Shown here in pieces: positions 9,303 to 16,958 of a stretch of 32,000 bases of DNA; position 1 is the stretch's first letter; every line of letters begins with the position of its first letter. A program made the position numbers and the translations under genes. The notes under the pieces are model-generated. The model made no database searches. It was not told the DNA's origin and was given only the letters and a program-made list of their open reading frames with translations. Source of the stretch: Cereibacter sphaeroides 2.4.1 (GTDB lineage: Bacteria; Pseudomonadota; Alphaproteobacteria; Rhodobacterales; Rhodobacteraceae); contig NC_007494.2 in the NCBI RefSeq assembly GCF_000012905.2, positions 150,001 to 182,000 of the forward strand. The letters are read 5' to 3'.

Positions 9303-10382
9303 TTACCGTGGCAAGGCGTTGCCGGATGGCGCCACCGCAGCGTCGCCGGAGTTTGCCTCGACGATCAGGCTGCGGATGGCCTCCTGCTTGGCGACCACCG
9401 GCGGGGCCAGAACGAACGGGTAGAAGGTCTCATGGCCCATGGCCTCGTTCACGGCATTCAGGGCGATCGTCAGCTCGACCCAGGCCTGTGCGAGGTGCGG
9501 CATCGGTTCGCGCACAAGGCGCTCCAGCCCCTCCGGCATAGCCTGCGGTGCCTTCAGCCCGAAGGCCTGCGCCGTCTCCAGCCCGTCGAGCAGATGGAAG
9601 ACATGCGCCCAGGTCTCGGCGAAATCTTCCCAGGGATGGGCCGTCGCATAGGCCGAGATGTAGCTCTCGGCCCAGTCGGGCGGGGCGCCTTCGGCATAAT
9701 GCGCCTGAAGGGCCGCACCGTAATCCTGCCGGTCGTCGCCGAAGATCGCACGCAGGGTCTCGAGCCGGTCCTGCCGTGCTTCGGTCAGGACATCCCAGTA
9801 GTGGTGGGCCACCTCGTGTCGCAGATGCCCCGTCAGGGTGCGGTAGGGCTCGTTCATCTCCGCCCGGATGCGCTCGCGCTCGGCATCGTCCGCCTCGGCG
9901 ATATTGAGGGTGATCGTGCCCTCTGCATGGCCGGTGAGCACCCGCGGTGCCGTGGCGTCTCCGGTTTCGCCCTTCAGTTCGAACCGGGGGACGGGCATGC
10001 CCGCCTCATCGAAGAGCGGCAGGCCCAGCCGGTGCAGCATCAGGATCAGGGGCCGCTTCACGGTCTCGATCCTCTCCCACCGGTCGATGTTGGCGGGAAC
10101 CGACAGGTCCGGCACCACCGTCGTATGCTGGCAGGACAGGCACAGGGCACCCGGCTCGTCGGCCGACCAGTTGCAGTTGATCTGACCGCGGTTGGCGCAG
10201 GGATGGCCGGTTTCCGCCATGTCCGAGAAGCCCCTGTCCGGGTCGAAGAGCAGCTGGATGCCGCAGGCCAGGCAGGCCGTGTTGCGGAAGAAGATTTCCT
10301 GATGACAGGAGGGGCAGCGATAGCGTTGCACGGGACCGACCGGAGTTGGGAAAGGACCGCGCCCAACGGCGGGCGGCAGCAT
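9303..10382 (-). CDS. zinc-ribbon-domain protein with HExxH putative zinc metallopeptidase domain
   Basis: The N-terminus has CxxC pairs (YRCPSCHQEIFFRNTACLACG and CANRGQINCNW...LCLSCQHT). An HEVAHH (HExxH) motif sits in GHLRHEVAHHYWD, followed by the conserved PWEDFAETWAH. The start is uncertain: ATG 10382 or GTG 10331. The ORF-track start at 11243 is a spurious extension across two other genes. Confidence 0.75.
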   Translation of the reverse strand: MLPPAVGRGPFPTPVGPVQRYRCPSCHQEIFFRNTACLACGIQLLFDPDRGFSDMAETGHPCANRGQINCNWSADEPGALCLSCQHTTVVPDLSVPANIDRWERIETVKRPLILMLHRLGLPLFDEAGMPVPRFELKGETGDATAPRVLTGHAEGTITLNIAEADDAERERIRAEMNEPYRTLTGHLRHEVAHHYWDVLTEARQDRLETLRAIFGDDRQDYGAALQAHYAEGAPPDWAESYISAYATAHPWEDFAETWAHVFHLLDGLETAQAFGLKAPQAMPEGLERLVREPMPHLAQAWVELTIALNAVNEAMGHETFYPFVLAPPVVAKQEAIRSLIVEANSGDAAVAPSGNALPR

Positions 10383-10412
10383 CCGGTTCCCGCCGCAGTC
10401 GGAACCGGATGC

Positions 10413-10460
10413 GCAGAGGCGGCGGCGCGGGAAGAGGCCGGCCCGCGCCGCCGCCTCTGC
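10413..10460 (-). terminator. 19-bp perfect GC-rich stem-loop downstream of the YeaQ/GlsB gene
   Basis: GCAGAGGCGGCGGCGCGGG-N10-CCCGCGCCGCCGCCTCTGC. A second 9-bp hairpin (TCCGGTTCC-N10-GGAACCGGA, 10382-10409) follows and abuts the next start codon. No U-tract. Confidence 0.4.
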
Positions 10461-10510
10461 GTCGGCGGCCGGCCCTCGATTGGGACGCCGGCCGCCGGAC
10501 AGAGTCTGGA

Positions 10511-10765
10511 TCAGCCGCGCTTTCTGGTCACGGCGCCCCAGATCACCAGAAGGACGATGGCGCCGACGATGGCTCCGATGAAGCCCGCGCCTTCGCCGGG
10601 GCCGTACCAGCCCACGGCCTGCCCCAGCCAGGTGGCGACGAGGGCACCCACGATCCCGAGGATCGTGGTCAGGATGAAGCCCGAGGGCTCGTTGTCTCCC
10701 GGGTGGAGAAACTTCGCAATCACGCCGGCGATGAAGCCGATGATGATGGTCCAGATGATGGTCAA
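10511..10765 (-). CDS. GlsB/YeaQ/YmgE-family (transglycosylase-associated) stress membrane protein
   Basis: 84 aa: MTIIWTIIIGFIAGVIAKFL...ILGIVGALVATWLG...GFIGAIVGAIVLLVIW, the characteristic Gly-zipper TM pattern. It uses a TTG start, with GGAGGA 6 nt upstream. Confidence 0.8.
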   Translation of the reverse strand: MTIIWTIIIGFIAGVIAKFLHPGDNEPSGFILTTILGIVGALVATWLGQAVGWYGPGEGAGFIGAIVGAIVLLVIWGAVTRKRG

Positions 10766-10822
10766 GGAGGATCCTCCGCTGAAGGTCTGGCGAGGGAACG
10801 ACGATCCGCGCGCCCGGTTCCC

Positions 10823-11989
10823 TTACTCCGGCGTATCCTGCTCGAGATCGGGCAACGGCGCGCGAGCGCCCAGAAAATTGCCGACCGCATGCAGGGATTC
10901 GACATTGTCGCAGACCACCTTGATGCAGACGAGGAAGGGCACCGCCACGAGCGCTCCCGGAATGCCCCAGAGCCATCCCCAGAAGATCACCGTGACGAAG
11001 ACCGAGACCGTGTTCAGCTCGAGCCTGCGGCCGAGGACGATGGGGGTGACGAGCTGCCCCTCGATGGCGGTGGCCGTGAGGTAGAGCGCGGGCACCAGCA
11101 GCGCCTGCGTCAGGTGATCGTAATGCACGATGGCCACGGCCGCGGACAGCGCAACGCCGGCAATGGCGCCGATGTAGGGCAGGAAGTTCAGAAGGAAGGC
11201 CGCCATGGCCCAGACGAGCGGGCTCGGCATTCCCGTGCCCCACATCAGAAGGCCGATCACCACCCCCAGCCCCGCATTGATGATGGTCACCGACAGGAGG
11301 TAGCGCGAGACGCGCCGCTCGATCCCGTAGACGATGCGCAGGGCGCGCTTCTTGTCGCCGAAGCGGGGGAAGCCCTCGATCAGCTTGATGTAGAACAGGT
11401 CACCCGAGGCGAGCAGAAAAAGCGCCAGCACCAGCGTCACGATGATCGTGGTGAGGATCGAGGCCACGCTGCCGACCGCGGACGACAGGATCCCCGGCGT
11501 CTGCACGGCCACGCGCTGCACCGTCGGATCCTCGCTGTCGGTGATTTCCGAGACCTGCTCCGATGCGTTCCGCACCGCCTCGAACGAGTCGAGGATGGTC
11601 TGGGCCCGCTCGCGCAGCTGATCGCCCAGCCGCGGCGCCTGATTGATCCAGTCCGAGACAGGGCCGCTCAGAAGGAAGGCGCTGACCGCGATGACGGCGG
11701 CGAGGGCGGTGATGAGGGCGGTCGCGGTGATGGGCGGTGCGATGCCGATCCGCTGCAGGGCCCGCACGACCGGGCTGAAGGTCAGCGCCAGCAGAAGGCC
11801 GATCATCAGCGGCAGGACCACGTCGCGGGCGAAATAGAAGCCCATGACCACGAGGACCAGAAGGATGATCCCCAGCAGCCTGCGGATCGCGATCAGGTGG
11901 TTGAGACGGCTGATCTCGTTCTCGGAGGGCACGTCGGGCGCTTCCGGCTCCAGAAGGGTTCCGGCCTCGCCGATCCGCTCGTTCTGCAT
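10823..11989 (-). CDS. AI-2E family transporter (PerM/YhhT-like permease)
   Basis: Multi-TM protein containing FLLNFLPYIGAIAG...GQLVTPIVLGRRLELNTVSVFVTVIFWGWLWGIPGALVAVP, typical of the UPF0118/AI-2E family. I chose the ATG 11989 start (MQNERIG) because the ORF-track extension to 12193 runs into the tRNA gene. Confidence 0.85.
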   Translation of the reverse strand: MQNERIGEAGTLLEPEAPDVPSENEISRLNHLIAIRRLLGIILLVLVVMGFYFARDVVLPLMIGLLLALTFSPVVRALQRIGIAPPITATALITALAAVIAVSAFLLSGPVSDWINQAPRLGDQLRERAQTILDSFEAVRNASEQVSEITDSEDPTVQRVAVQTPGILSSAVGSVASILTTIIVTLVLALFLLASGDLFYIKLIEGFPRFGDKKRALRIVYGIERRVSRYLLSVTIINAGLGVVIGLLMWGTGMPSPLVWAMAAFLLNFLPYIGAIAGVALSAAVAIVHYDHLTQALLVPALYLTATAIEGQLVTPIVLGRRLELNTVSVFVTVIFWGWLWGIPGALVAVPFLVCIKVVCDNVESLHAVGNFLGARAPLPDLEQDTPE

Positions 11990-12169
11990 TATCCCCCCAT
12001 CGCCGTGCACCGGCAGCGCGGCCGCTGGGCCGATCGGGTGCACAACGTGATGCCGCCCCTCATGTTCCGCGCCGGCGACTTGCCGAAAAGGTTGAGGGGC
12101 CATGCCGCGCGGGGAAGGGGTGCAACGTCCCTTGAGGCGCAGGACGCTCCATGCTAACAGGGCTCTCGC

Positions 12170-12243
12170 GCGGGTATGGTGAAATGGTATCACACGAGCC
12201 TTCCAAGCTCTTGGCGCGGGTTCGATTCCCGCTACCCGCTCCA
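12170..12243 (+). tRNA. tRNA-Gly (anticodon UCC)
   Basis: The sequence folds by hand into a cloverleaf. The acceptor stem is GCGGGTA/TACCCGC. The D arm is GTGA-AATGGTA-TCAC. The anticodon loop is CTTCCAA (anticodon TCC). The T arm is GCGGG-TTCGATT-CCCGC. The discriminator is U and CCA is encoded. Total length is 74 nt. Confidence 0.9.
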
Positions 12244-12705
12244 GAAAATCCCTGAAAGTTTCGGTATATCGGTCGCGTGCGGGCAGATGTCCCCATGCGG
12301 GAAACCGTGGGACGCCTTCGCCCTGGAAGGCCCTCGCGGAGGGGCACGGCTGGGATTCCGAGAGGGCCGGTGCGCAGCATTCTGCGGCTCGAAAGATCGA
12401 GTCGAGGGATGAAGGTCCGGAGGGTTCGTGCGGCGTGTCGGGCTGCTGGAGATCGCATTCGGATGCCGGACCAGATCGAGCGCTTCGTCATGAACCAGCG
12501 AACGTGAGGAGCTGGCGGGCCCGACCAACGGCGGAACCTGCCTTGCCGCTCTTGCGGCGCCGGTCGTTGCCCCCTCGCCGCGCGCCGACCTGCGCCTCGT
12601 CTCTGAGGGCGTAGCCTCTGCGGCCGGCCCTTCAGCCGTGAGGATCGCCGCCGCCGGGCAGGTTTGCCGGTTGCCAAGGGGCTCGCGAGATCCTAAAGCG
12701 GAGCA

Positions 12706-12723
12706 GATATGTAATAACATATC
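12706..12723. promoter_or_regulatory. Zur-box-like AT-rich palindrome upstream of zinT
   Basis: GATATGT-AATA-ACATATC has 7-bp perfect arms and lies 30 nt upstream of the ZinT ATG. It is the most AT-rich spot in the region. Fur-family (Zur) boxes are AT-rich dyads of this size. Confidence 0.55.
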
Positions 12724-12752
12724 ATATACGCATCATCCGAACACCCCGGAAC

Positions 12753-13451
12753 ATGGAGACCTCCCGCATGCAGACCGTCCTTTCACGCCCCCTGAGCATC
12801 CTCGCCGCCAGTGTGGCGCTCGCAGTGGCCGCCCCCGCGCTTGCCGAGAAGCCGCACGACCACGGGCACGATCATGCGCACGGCCATGGCCATGACGAGG
12901 CCCACAGCCACGCTTCGGACGAGATCGCCAAGGGCGTCTTCAAGGATGAGCAGGTCGCCGACCGCCCGCTCTCGGACTGGCAGGGCGACTGGCAGTCGGT
13001 CTATCCGCTGCTGGAGGACGGCACGCTGGCGCCGGTGATGGCGCACAAGGCCGAGCATGGCGACAAGACGGCCGAGGAATATCTCGCCTACTACCGGACG
13101 GGCTACGAGACCGACGTGAACCGCATCGAGATCGACGGCGACCGGGTGACCTTCCACGGCGCGGGCGGGCCGGTCTCGGGGCAGTATGAGGAGGACGGTC
13201 ACGAAGTGCTGACCTACAAGGCCGGCAATCGGGGCGTCCGCTTCATCTTCGAGAAGGTGAGCGGAGACGAGGCCGCGCCGAAGTTCATCCAGTTCAGCGA
13301 CCACCGGATCGCGCCGTCGACGTCGGACCATTACCACCTCTACTGGGGCAACGACCGCGCGGCGCTCCTTCAGGAGGTGACGCACTGGCCGACCTATTAC
13401 CCCGCCGAGCTGAGCGCCGAGGAGATCGTTCAGGAGATGCTCGCGCACTGA
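12753..13451 (+). CDS. zinT: ZinT/YodA-family periplasmic metal (zinc)-binding protein
   Basis: A signal peptide (SILAASVALAVAAPALA) is followed by a His-rich tract HDHGHDHAHGHGHDEAHSH. The conserved ZinT core follows: LSDWQGDWQSVYP...EYLAYY...IQFSDHRIAP...HYHLYWG. An alternative start is ATG 12768, with GGAGA upstream. Confidence 0.85.
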   Translation: METSRMQTVLSRPLSILAASVALAVAAPALAEKPHDHGHDHAHGHGHDEAHSHASDEIAKGVFKDEQVADRPLSDWQGDWQSVYPLLEDGTLAPVMAHKAEHGDKTAEEYLAYYRTGYETDVNRIEIDGDRVTFHGAGGPVSGQYEEDGHEVLTYKAGNRGVRFIFEKVSGDEAAPKFIQFSDHRIAPSTSDHYHLYWGNDRAALLQEVTHWPTYYPAELSAEEIVQEMLAH

Positions 13452-13452
13452 T

Positions 13453-13485
13453 CCCGAGGGGCAGGTCCGGCGCCTGCCCCTCGGG
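13453..13485. terminator. hairpin 1 of a tandem pair between convergent genes
   Basis: CCCGAGGGGCAGG-TCCGGCG-CCTGCCCCTCGGG, a 13-bp perfect stem starting 2 nt after the zinT stop. Confidence 0.5.
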
Positions 13486-13486
13486 G

Positions 13487-13519
13487 TCCTGCCTCGGGGG
13501 CAACCGTCCCGAGGCAGGA
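13487..13519. terminator. hairpin 2 of the tandem pair
   Basis: TCCTGCCTCGGG-N9-CCCGAGGCAGGA, a 12-bp perfect stem ending 5 nt before the stop of the minus-strand FAD protein gene. It shares the CCTCGGG/CCCGAGG core with hairpin 1. Confidence 0.5.
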
Positions 13520-13523
13520 TCCC

Positions 13524-14933
13524 TCAGGGCCGCGCTTGCCGGCCGAGCTCCTGCTCCGGCGCGGCCGCATGTGCGGCGACGAGATCCTCGGCCAGCCGGG
13601 CCGTCTGGTCGCGGATGTCGGGGATCGCGGTGATCTCCCAGAAGGCGGCGCGCGAGACCGGGCCGATGGCGAAGATGTGCCGCGAGCCCTGTCCGCGCGC
13701 GTCGATCAGCCGGCAGTCCTGCGCCACCTCGAAGCCGATGCGCAGCGGGTCGATCCGCGCGAGGCCCGAGGCGAGCAGGCTCGCCACCAGCGGCGAGGCG
13801 CTGTTCTTCGGATCCCGGCGGATGCCGCGGCAGTCGAACACAACGTCGGCCTCGAGCCGGACATGCGTTTTGGTGCCGCGCGGGCGGATCCGCAAAGCAA
13901 TCCGGCCGTCCGGCAGGCGCTCCGCGCCCTCGTAGCCCGCCCGCAGCAGCCGCATCCGCCCATCGGCCAACGCCGCCGCGATCCGCGCGTCCGAGGCGGG
14001 CGGGGCCCGGTGCCGGTGCACGTCCCACCAGCCCGCGCCGTGGCGCAGGAAGCGCGCCCGCTCCCGCTCCGGCAGGCCGCGCCAGATGCGGCGGACGAAA
14101 GGCCGGATGCCGTCCACCGCATCGCGCCATGTCCCGCCGCGCGCCTCCGCCTCGCGGGCGAGACGCCGCACCCAGGCCGTGAGCGCGCTCATCGGCGCCC
14201 CGAGCGGCACGTCGGGCAGGCCGAGGGGCAGGGGGCGCGTCGGCGCATGGCTGCGCGGCAGAAGCCCCCGCCGCGACAAGGCCACGATCTCGCCCCGATG
14301 GCCATTGGCGAGAAGCGTCAGCACCTTGTCGATCATGGTGAGGCCCGAGCCGAGGAGAACCACCCGCGCGTCCGGCGGCACGTCGGCCGCCCGCCACGGA
14401 TCCTGAAGCAGCCGGTCCTCTGCCGGATCCGGGCGCGGGTGGCCGGTGGCGAGGATCGCCACATCCGCGAGCCGGACCGAGCCGTCGCTGAAATGGGCGA
14501 TCACGCCGCGGCCGACCTCCTCGATCCGAAGGCATTCGCCGCCCACGCAGGTGAGCTGTGCGCCCGCGCGCCAGGGCGCGAGGATCTCTTCGAGGTAGCG
14601 CCGATAAAGACCGCGAGGGACGAAACTGTCTCCGGTGGAAAAGCGGCCTTCGGGCTCTGCCGCGAGCCACTGCCGGAAGTGGTCCGGCCGATCCGGAAAG
14701 GCGCTCATGTTGTGGACGCGCGTGTTGAGCAGATGCTCCGCCTCGCGCGTGGCATAGGCGATGCCGGCGCCGACCGGCCCGTCGCGCTCCACCAGCGTGA
14801 TGCGGAAGAGACCGTGGCCGCGGGTGAGCAGATGCGCCGCCATCAGCGCCCCGCTCGCGCCGCCGCCGACGATCAGGACATGCAGGCGGCGCGGGACGTG
14901 CCGCCGGATCGGGTCGGGAAGGTGAGGCCTCAT
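13524..14933 (-). CDS. FAD/NAD(P)-binding oxidoreductase (YdhS-like FAD-NAD(P)-binding family)
   Basis: The N-terminal dinucleotide fold is HVLIVGGGASGALMAAHLL. A second Rossmann-like motif is VVLLGSGLTMIDKVL. IFAIGP lies near the C-terminus. Confidence 0.8.
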   Translation of the reverse strand: MRPHLPDPIRRHVPRRLHVLIVGGGASGALMAAHLLTRGHGLFRITLVERDGPVGAGIAYATREAEHLLNTRVHNMSAFPDRPDHFRQWLAAEPEGRFSTGDSFVPRGLYRRYLEEILAPWRAGAQLTCVGGECLRIEEVGRGVIAHFSDGSVRLADVAILATGHPRPDPAEDRLLQDPWRAADVPPDARVVLLGSGLTMIDKVLTLLANGHRGEIVALSRRGLLPRSHAPTRPLPLGLPDVPLGAPMSALTAWVRRLAREAEARGGTWRDAVDGIRPFVRRIWRGLPERERARFLRHGAGWWDVHRHRAPPASDARIAAALADGRMRLLRAGYEGAERLPDGRIALRIRPRGTKTHVRLEADVVFDCRGIRRDPKNSASPLVASLLASGLARIDPLRIGFEVAQDCRLIDARGQGSRHIFAIGPVSRAAFWEITAIPDIRDQTARLAEDLVAAHAAAPEQELGRQARP

Positions 14934-14960
14934 CGCAGTCTCCTTTCGTGCCGTTGTCGG

Positions 14961-15536
14961 TCAGGCGCGGTAGAATGCGCGCTCCAGAGCCTGTTCCGGG
15001 GGCATGAGCGGGACCGGCCGGCGGGCGAGCTCGTCGCGCAGGACGACGCCGCCGGGCCAGGGCCCGAAGCCGCTGTCGACATTGATGTGACCGGCGAAGC
15101 CGAGGTCGACCACGTCCGCGCGCCAGGCGCGGGCGAGCCGTTCCGCCTGGGTGAAGCTCATCCAGGGATCGTTCCGGCTGGAAACCACATAGGCGGGCAC
15201 GCCGAGGCTTTCCTCGAAGATCGGGCCGAAGCTCTCGGTTCGGTCGCTGTGCCGCGGCTCTGCTGGGGCCACGAGAATCGCGCCGCCAACCTTCAGATGC
15301 GGCCATTTGGCCAGAAGCCGCGCGATCAGGATCGCGCCGAGGCTGTGCCCCACGAGGATCGCTCCGGGGTGCTGCAGGATCGCTCCGGCCACCTCGATCT
15401 CCCAGACGGCGGGCACCGGGCGGGAGACATCGGACAGGTCGAGCAGGAGCGCATCCGGATCGCGGAGCGCCCACCACTGCTGCCAGTGGGCCGCGGGCGA
15501 GCCGTCGAGGCCGGGAATCAGGAGCGTCTTGGGCAT
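14961..15536 (-). CDS. alpha/beta hydrolase, RBBP9/YdeN-type serine hydrolase
   Basis: MPKTLLIPGLDGSPAAHWQQWW is the family N-terminus. The nucleophile elbow is GHSLG (ILVGHSLGAILIA). D and H candidates are SRNDPW and GHIN. GGAG lies 7 nt upstream of ATG 15536. Confidence 0.8.
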   Translation of the reverse strand: MPKTLLIPGLDGSPAAHWQQWWALRDPDALLLDLSDVSRPVPAVWEIEVAGAILQHPGAILVGHSLGAILIARLLAKWPHLKVGGAILVAPAEPRHSDRTESFGPIFEESLGVPAYVVSSRNDPWMSFTQAERLARAWRADVVDLGFAGHINVDSGFGPWPGGVVLRDELARRPVPLMPPEQALERAFYRA

Positions 15537-15952
15537 GGTCGTCTCCATCTTCGTTCAATCTCGAAATACACTACAGTGTTTGTCGTGATTGTCTTTCCAA
15601 AGATGGGGGGAAGTTTGGGAAGTCCTTCTCCGCAGGCGCCGTCAGATCCCGTTCCCAACGTAAAGCAGTCTTGCGCCCGCAGCCGGTTGCCCCGCGGGTC
15701 GTGGCGCTGCGAGGGCTGCGGGAATGCGGTGTGGCCTGTCCTGTCTCTGGTGAACTGGCGCCGGACAGGCCGCTGAACACGGTTCGTGCCGGAGGCGGCG
15801 GGTCCCGGCCCCCGGCCGGATGGTCGTGCCGTCGCGGCGGATCTCGTGCAGGCAGACTGCCCGAGGGTCGCGGCTTCCCGGGTTTGCAGCCTGACGCGAT
15901 ACCGGTGCGGGGGCGCGAGGCAGGCGGGGGCACGCGCCGGGAGCAGAAGGGT

Positions 15953-15980
15953 GGAGGCGGGCGCCGCAGGGCCCGCCTCC
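15953..15980 (-). terminator. hairpin downstream of the DoxX gene
   Basis: GGAGGCGGGC-N8-GCCCGCCTCC, a 10-bp perfect stem 23 nt past the DoxX stop. Confidence 0.4.
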
Positions 15981-16002
15981 TCGAGCCTGTCGCGGAGGTG
16001 GA

Positions 16003-16452
16003 TCAGAGCTCCTTCTTCAGCATGTGGTCGACCGAGTAGCGCCCGCCGCCCTTGGCGACGAAGGACAGCGTGACGGCGGCCCAGAGCCAGGCGAGTTCCG
16101 CACCGCTGTAGCCCTGGCCCAGGACGACCCAGTGGAAGTAGGTCGCCACCAGCAGGATGATCGTGGTGCCCGTAGCGGCGAGCCGGGTGAGCAGGCCGAG
16201 CACCAGCAGCAGGCCGCCGGTGAATTCGGTCACCGACAGCAGGATCGACCAGAACCAGCCGGGCGCGAAGCCCAAGCCCGACACCATGTCGGCGGCGCCG
16301 GTCGGGTTCTGGATCTTCGGCCAGCCGTGGATCATCAGCGCCGCGCCGCAGACCACGCGCAGCCAGGCGTCGGTGAGGGGAGCCGCTGCGGCATAGACCG
16401 GGGCGAGGGCCGGCAGCAGCAGCGCCGGGCGTTCGTTCGAGGTGGTGCTCAT
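16003..16452 (-). CDS. DoxX-family membrane protein
   Basis: LRVVCGAALMIHGWPKI...GFAPGWFWSILLSVTEFTGGLLLVLGLLTRLAA...ELAWLWAAVTLSFVAKGGGRYSVD is the characteristic 4-TM DoxX pattern. GGAGA lies 9 nt upstream of ATG 16452. Confidence 0.85.
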   Translation of the reverse strand: MSTTSNERPALLLPALAPVYAAAAPLTDAWLRVVCGAALMIHGWPKIQNPTGAADMVSGLGFAPGWFWSILLSVTEFTGGLLLVLGLLTRLAATGTTIILLVATYFHWVVLGQGYSGAELAWLWAAVTLSFVAKGGGRYSVDHMLKKEL

Positions 16453-16534
16453 TTTACATGTCTCCATGGGTGCGATCGCGCGCGCGTCGCAGGGTATCGA
16501 GGGCACGGTGGGTGCCGATTGCGGTGAAAGGCGA

Positions 16535-16840
16535 TCAGGCGCGCGGTGGTCGTCGGTCCGGGGGGACCACCCTGCCTGCGGCGCTCGCCTCGCCCGCCGC
16601 AAGCCGCAGCGGCAGCTCGGGGCGGGTCGGCAGGGCAAGCGTCAAGCCTGTCGGCAGGACGCAGGTCATGCAGGGCTTTTCGGCGGGCGCCCGCGTCGGG
16701 ATCGCGGGTCCGGGCGCGGTGCAGACATCGTCCACGGCCTGCGTGCTGGGGCAACCCGAGGGCTTGCCGACCTGCACCGACGGCTGCATCGAAAAGAGCA
16801 GCATCGCGACGGTGAGGCAGATCGAGAGATACTTCAGCAT
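16535..16840 (-). CDS. hypothetical small exported protein with four mature-region Cys residues including CxxC
   Basis: 101 aa with a plausible Sec signal peptide (MLKYLSICLTVAMLLFSMQ). The mature part contains GCPS, DDVCT and a CMTC motif. Third-position G/C bias is strong on this strand. It sits directly upstream of DoxX in the same orientation. I recognise no family. Confidence 0.5.
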   Translation of the reverse strand: MLKYLSICLTVAMLLFSMQPSVQVGKPSGCPSTQAVDDVCTAPGPAIPTRAPAEKPCMTCVLPTGLTLALPTRPELPLRLAAGEASAAGRVVPPDRRPPRA

Positions 16841-16958
16841 GCGGACCCGGAAATCTCTTTGCTTGTGCTTCGTTAGTCGTCTCAGGGCCGGAACCTCAAG
16901 CGCCCCGCGCCGGGACTGACGCAGATGTGAGGCCCCCAGCCGCCGCGGCCGAACGCGT

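Noticed and set aside
9243-12193. ORFs 9243..11084 (+), 10346..12157 (+), the 646-aa version of 9303..11243 (-) and the 456-aa version of 10823..12193 (-)
   Set aside because: The plus-strand ORFs mirror three good minus-strand genes. The long minus versions fuse unrelated upstream sequence. One reads through the YeaQ/GlsB gene region in another frame, and the other overlaps the tRNA-Gly gene.
12244-12705. Possible tmRNA, riboswitch, SRP RNA or integrase remnant downstream of tRNA-Gly
   Set aside because: I found no alphaproteobacterial tag-peptide reading frame (ANDN...), no B12 box, no SRP GGAA tetraloop context and no integrase-like translation. It is kept only as an unexplained spacer in the findings.
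13294-15776. 754-aa minus ORF and 746-aa plus ORF spanning the FAD oxidoreductase and hydrolase genes
   Set aside because: They are extreme Arg/Pro/Gly/Ala low-complexity translations. The in-phase alternatives carry clear GxGxxG and GHSLG motifs.
16003-16840. Bufferin-type RiPP cluster (Cys-rich exported peptide plus DoxX)
   Set aside because: No MNIO/DUF692 or DUF2063 genes are adjacent, and the peptide does not show the DUF2282 pattern I remember.
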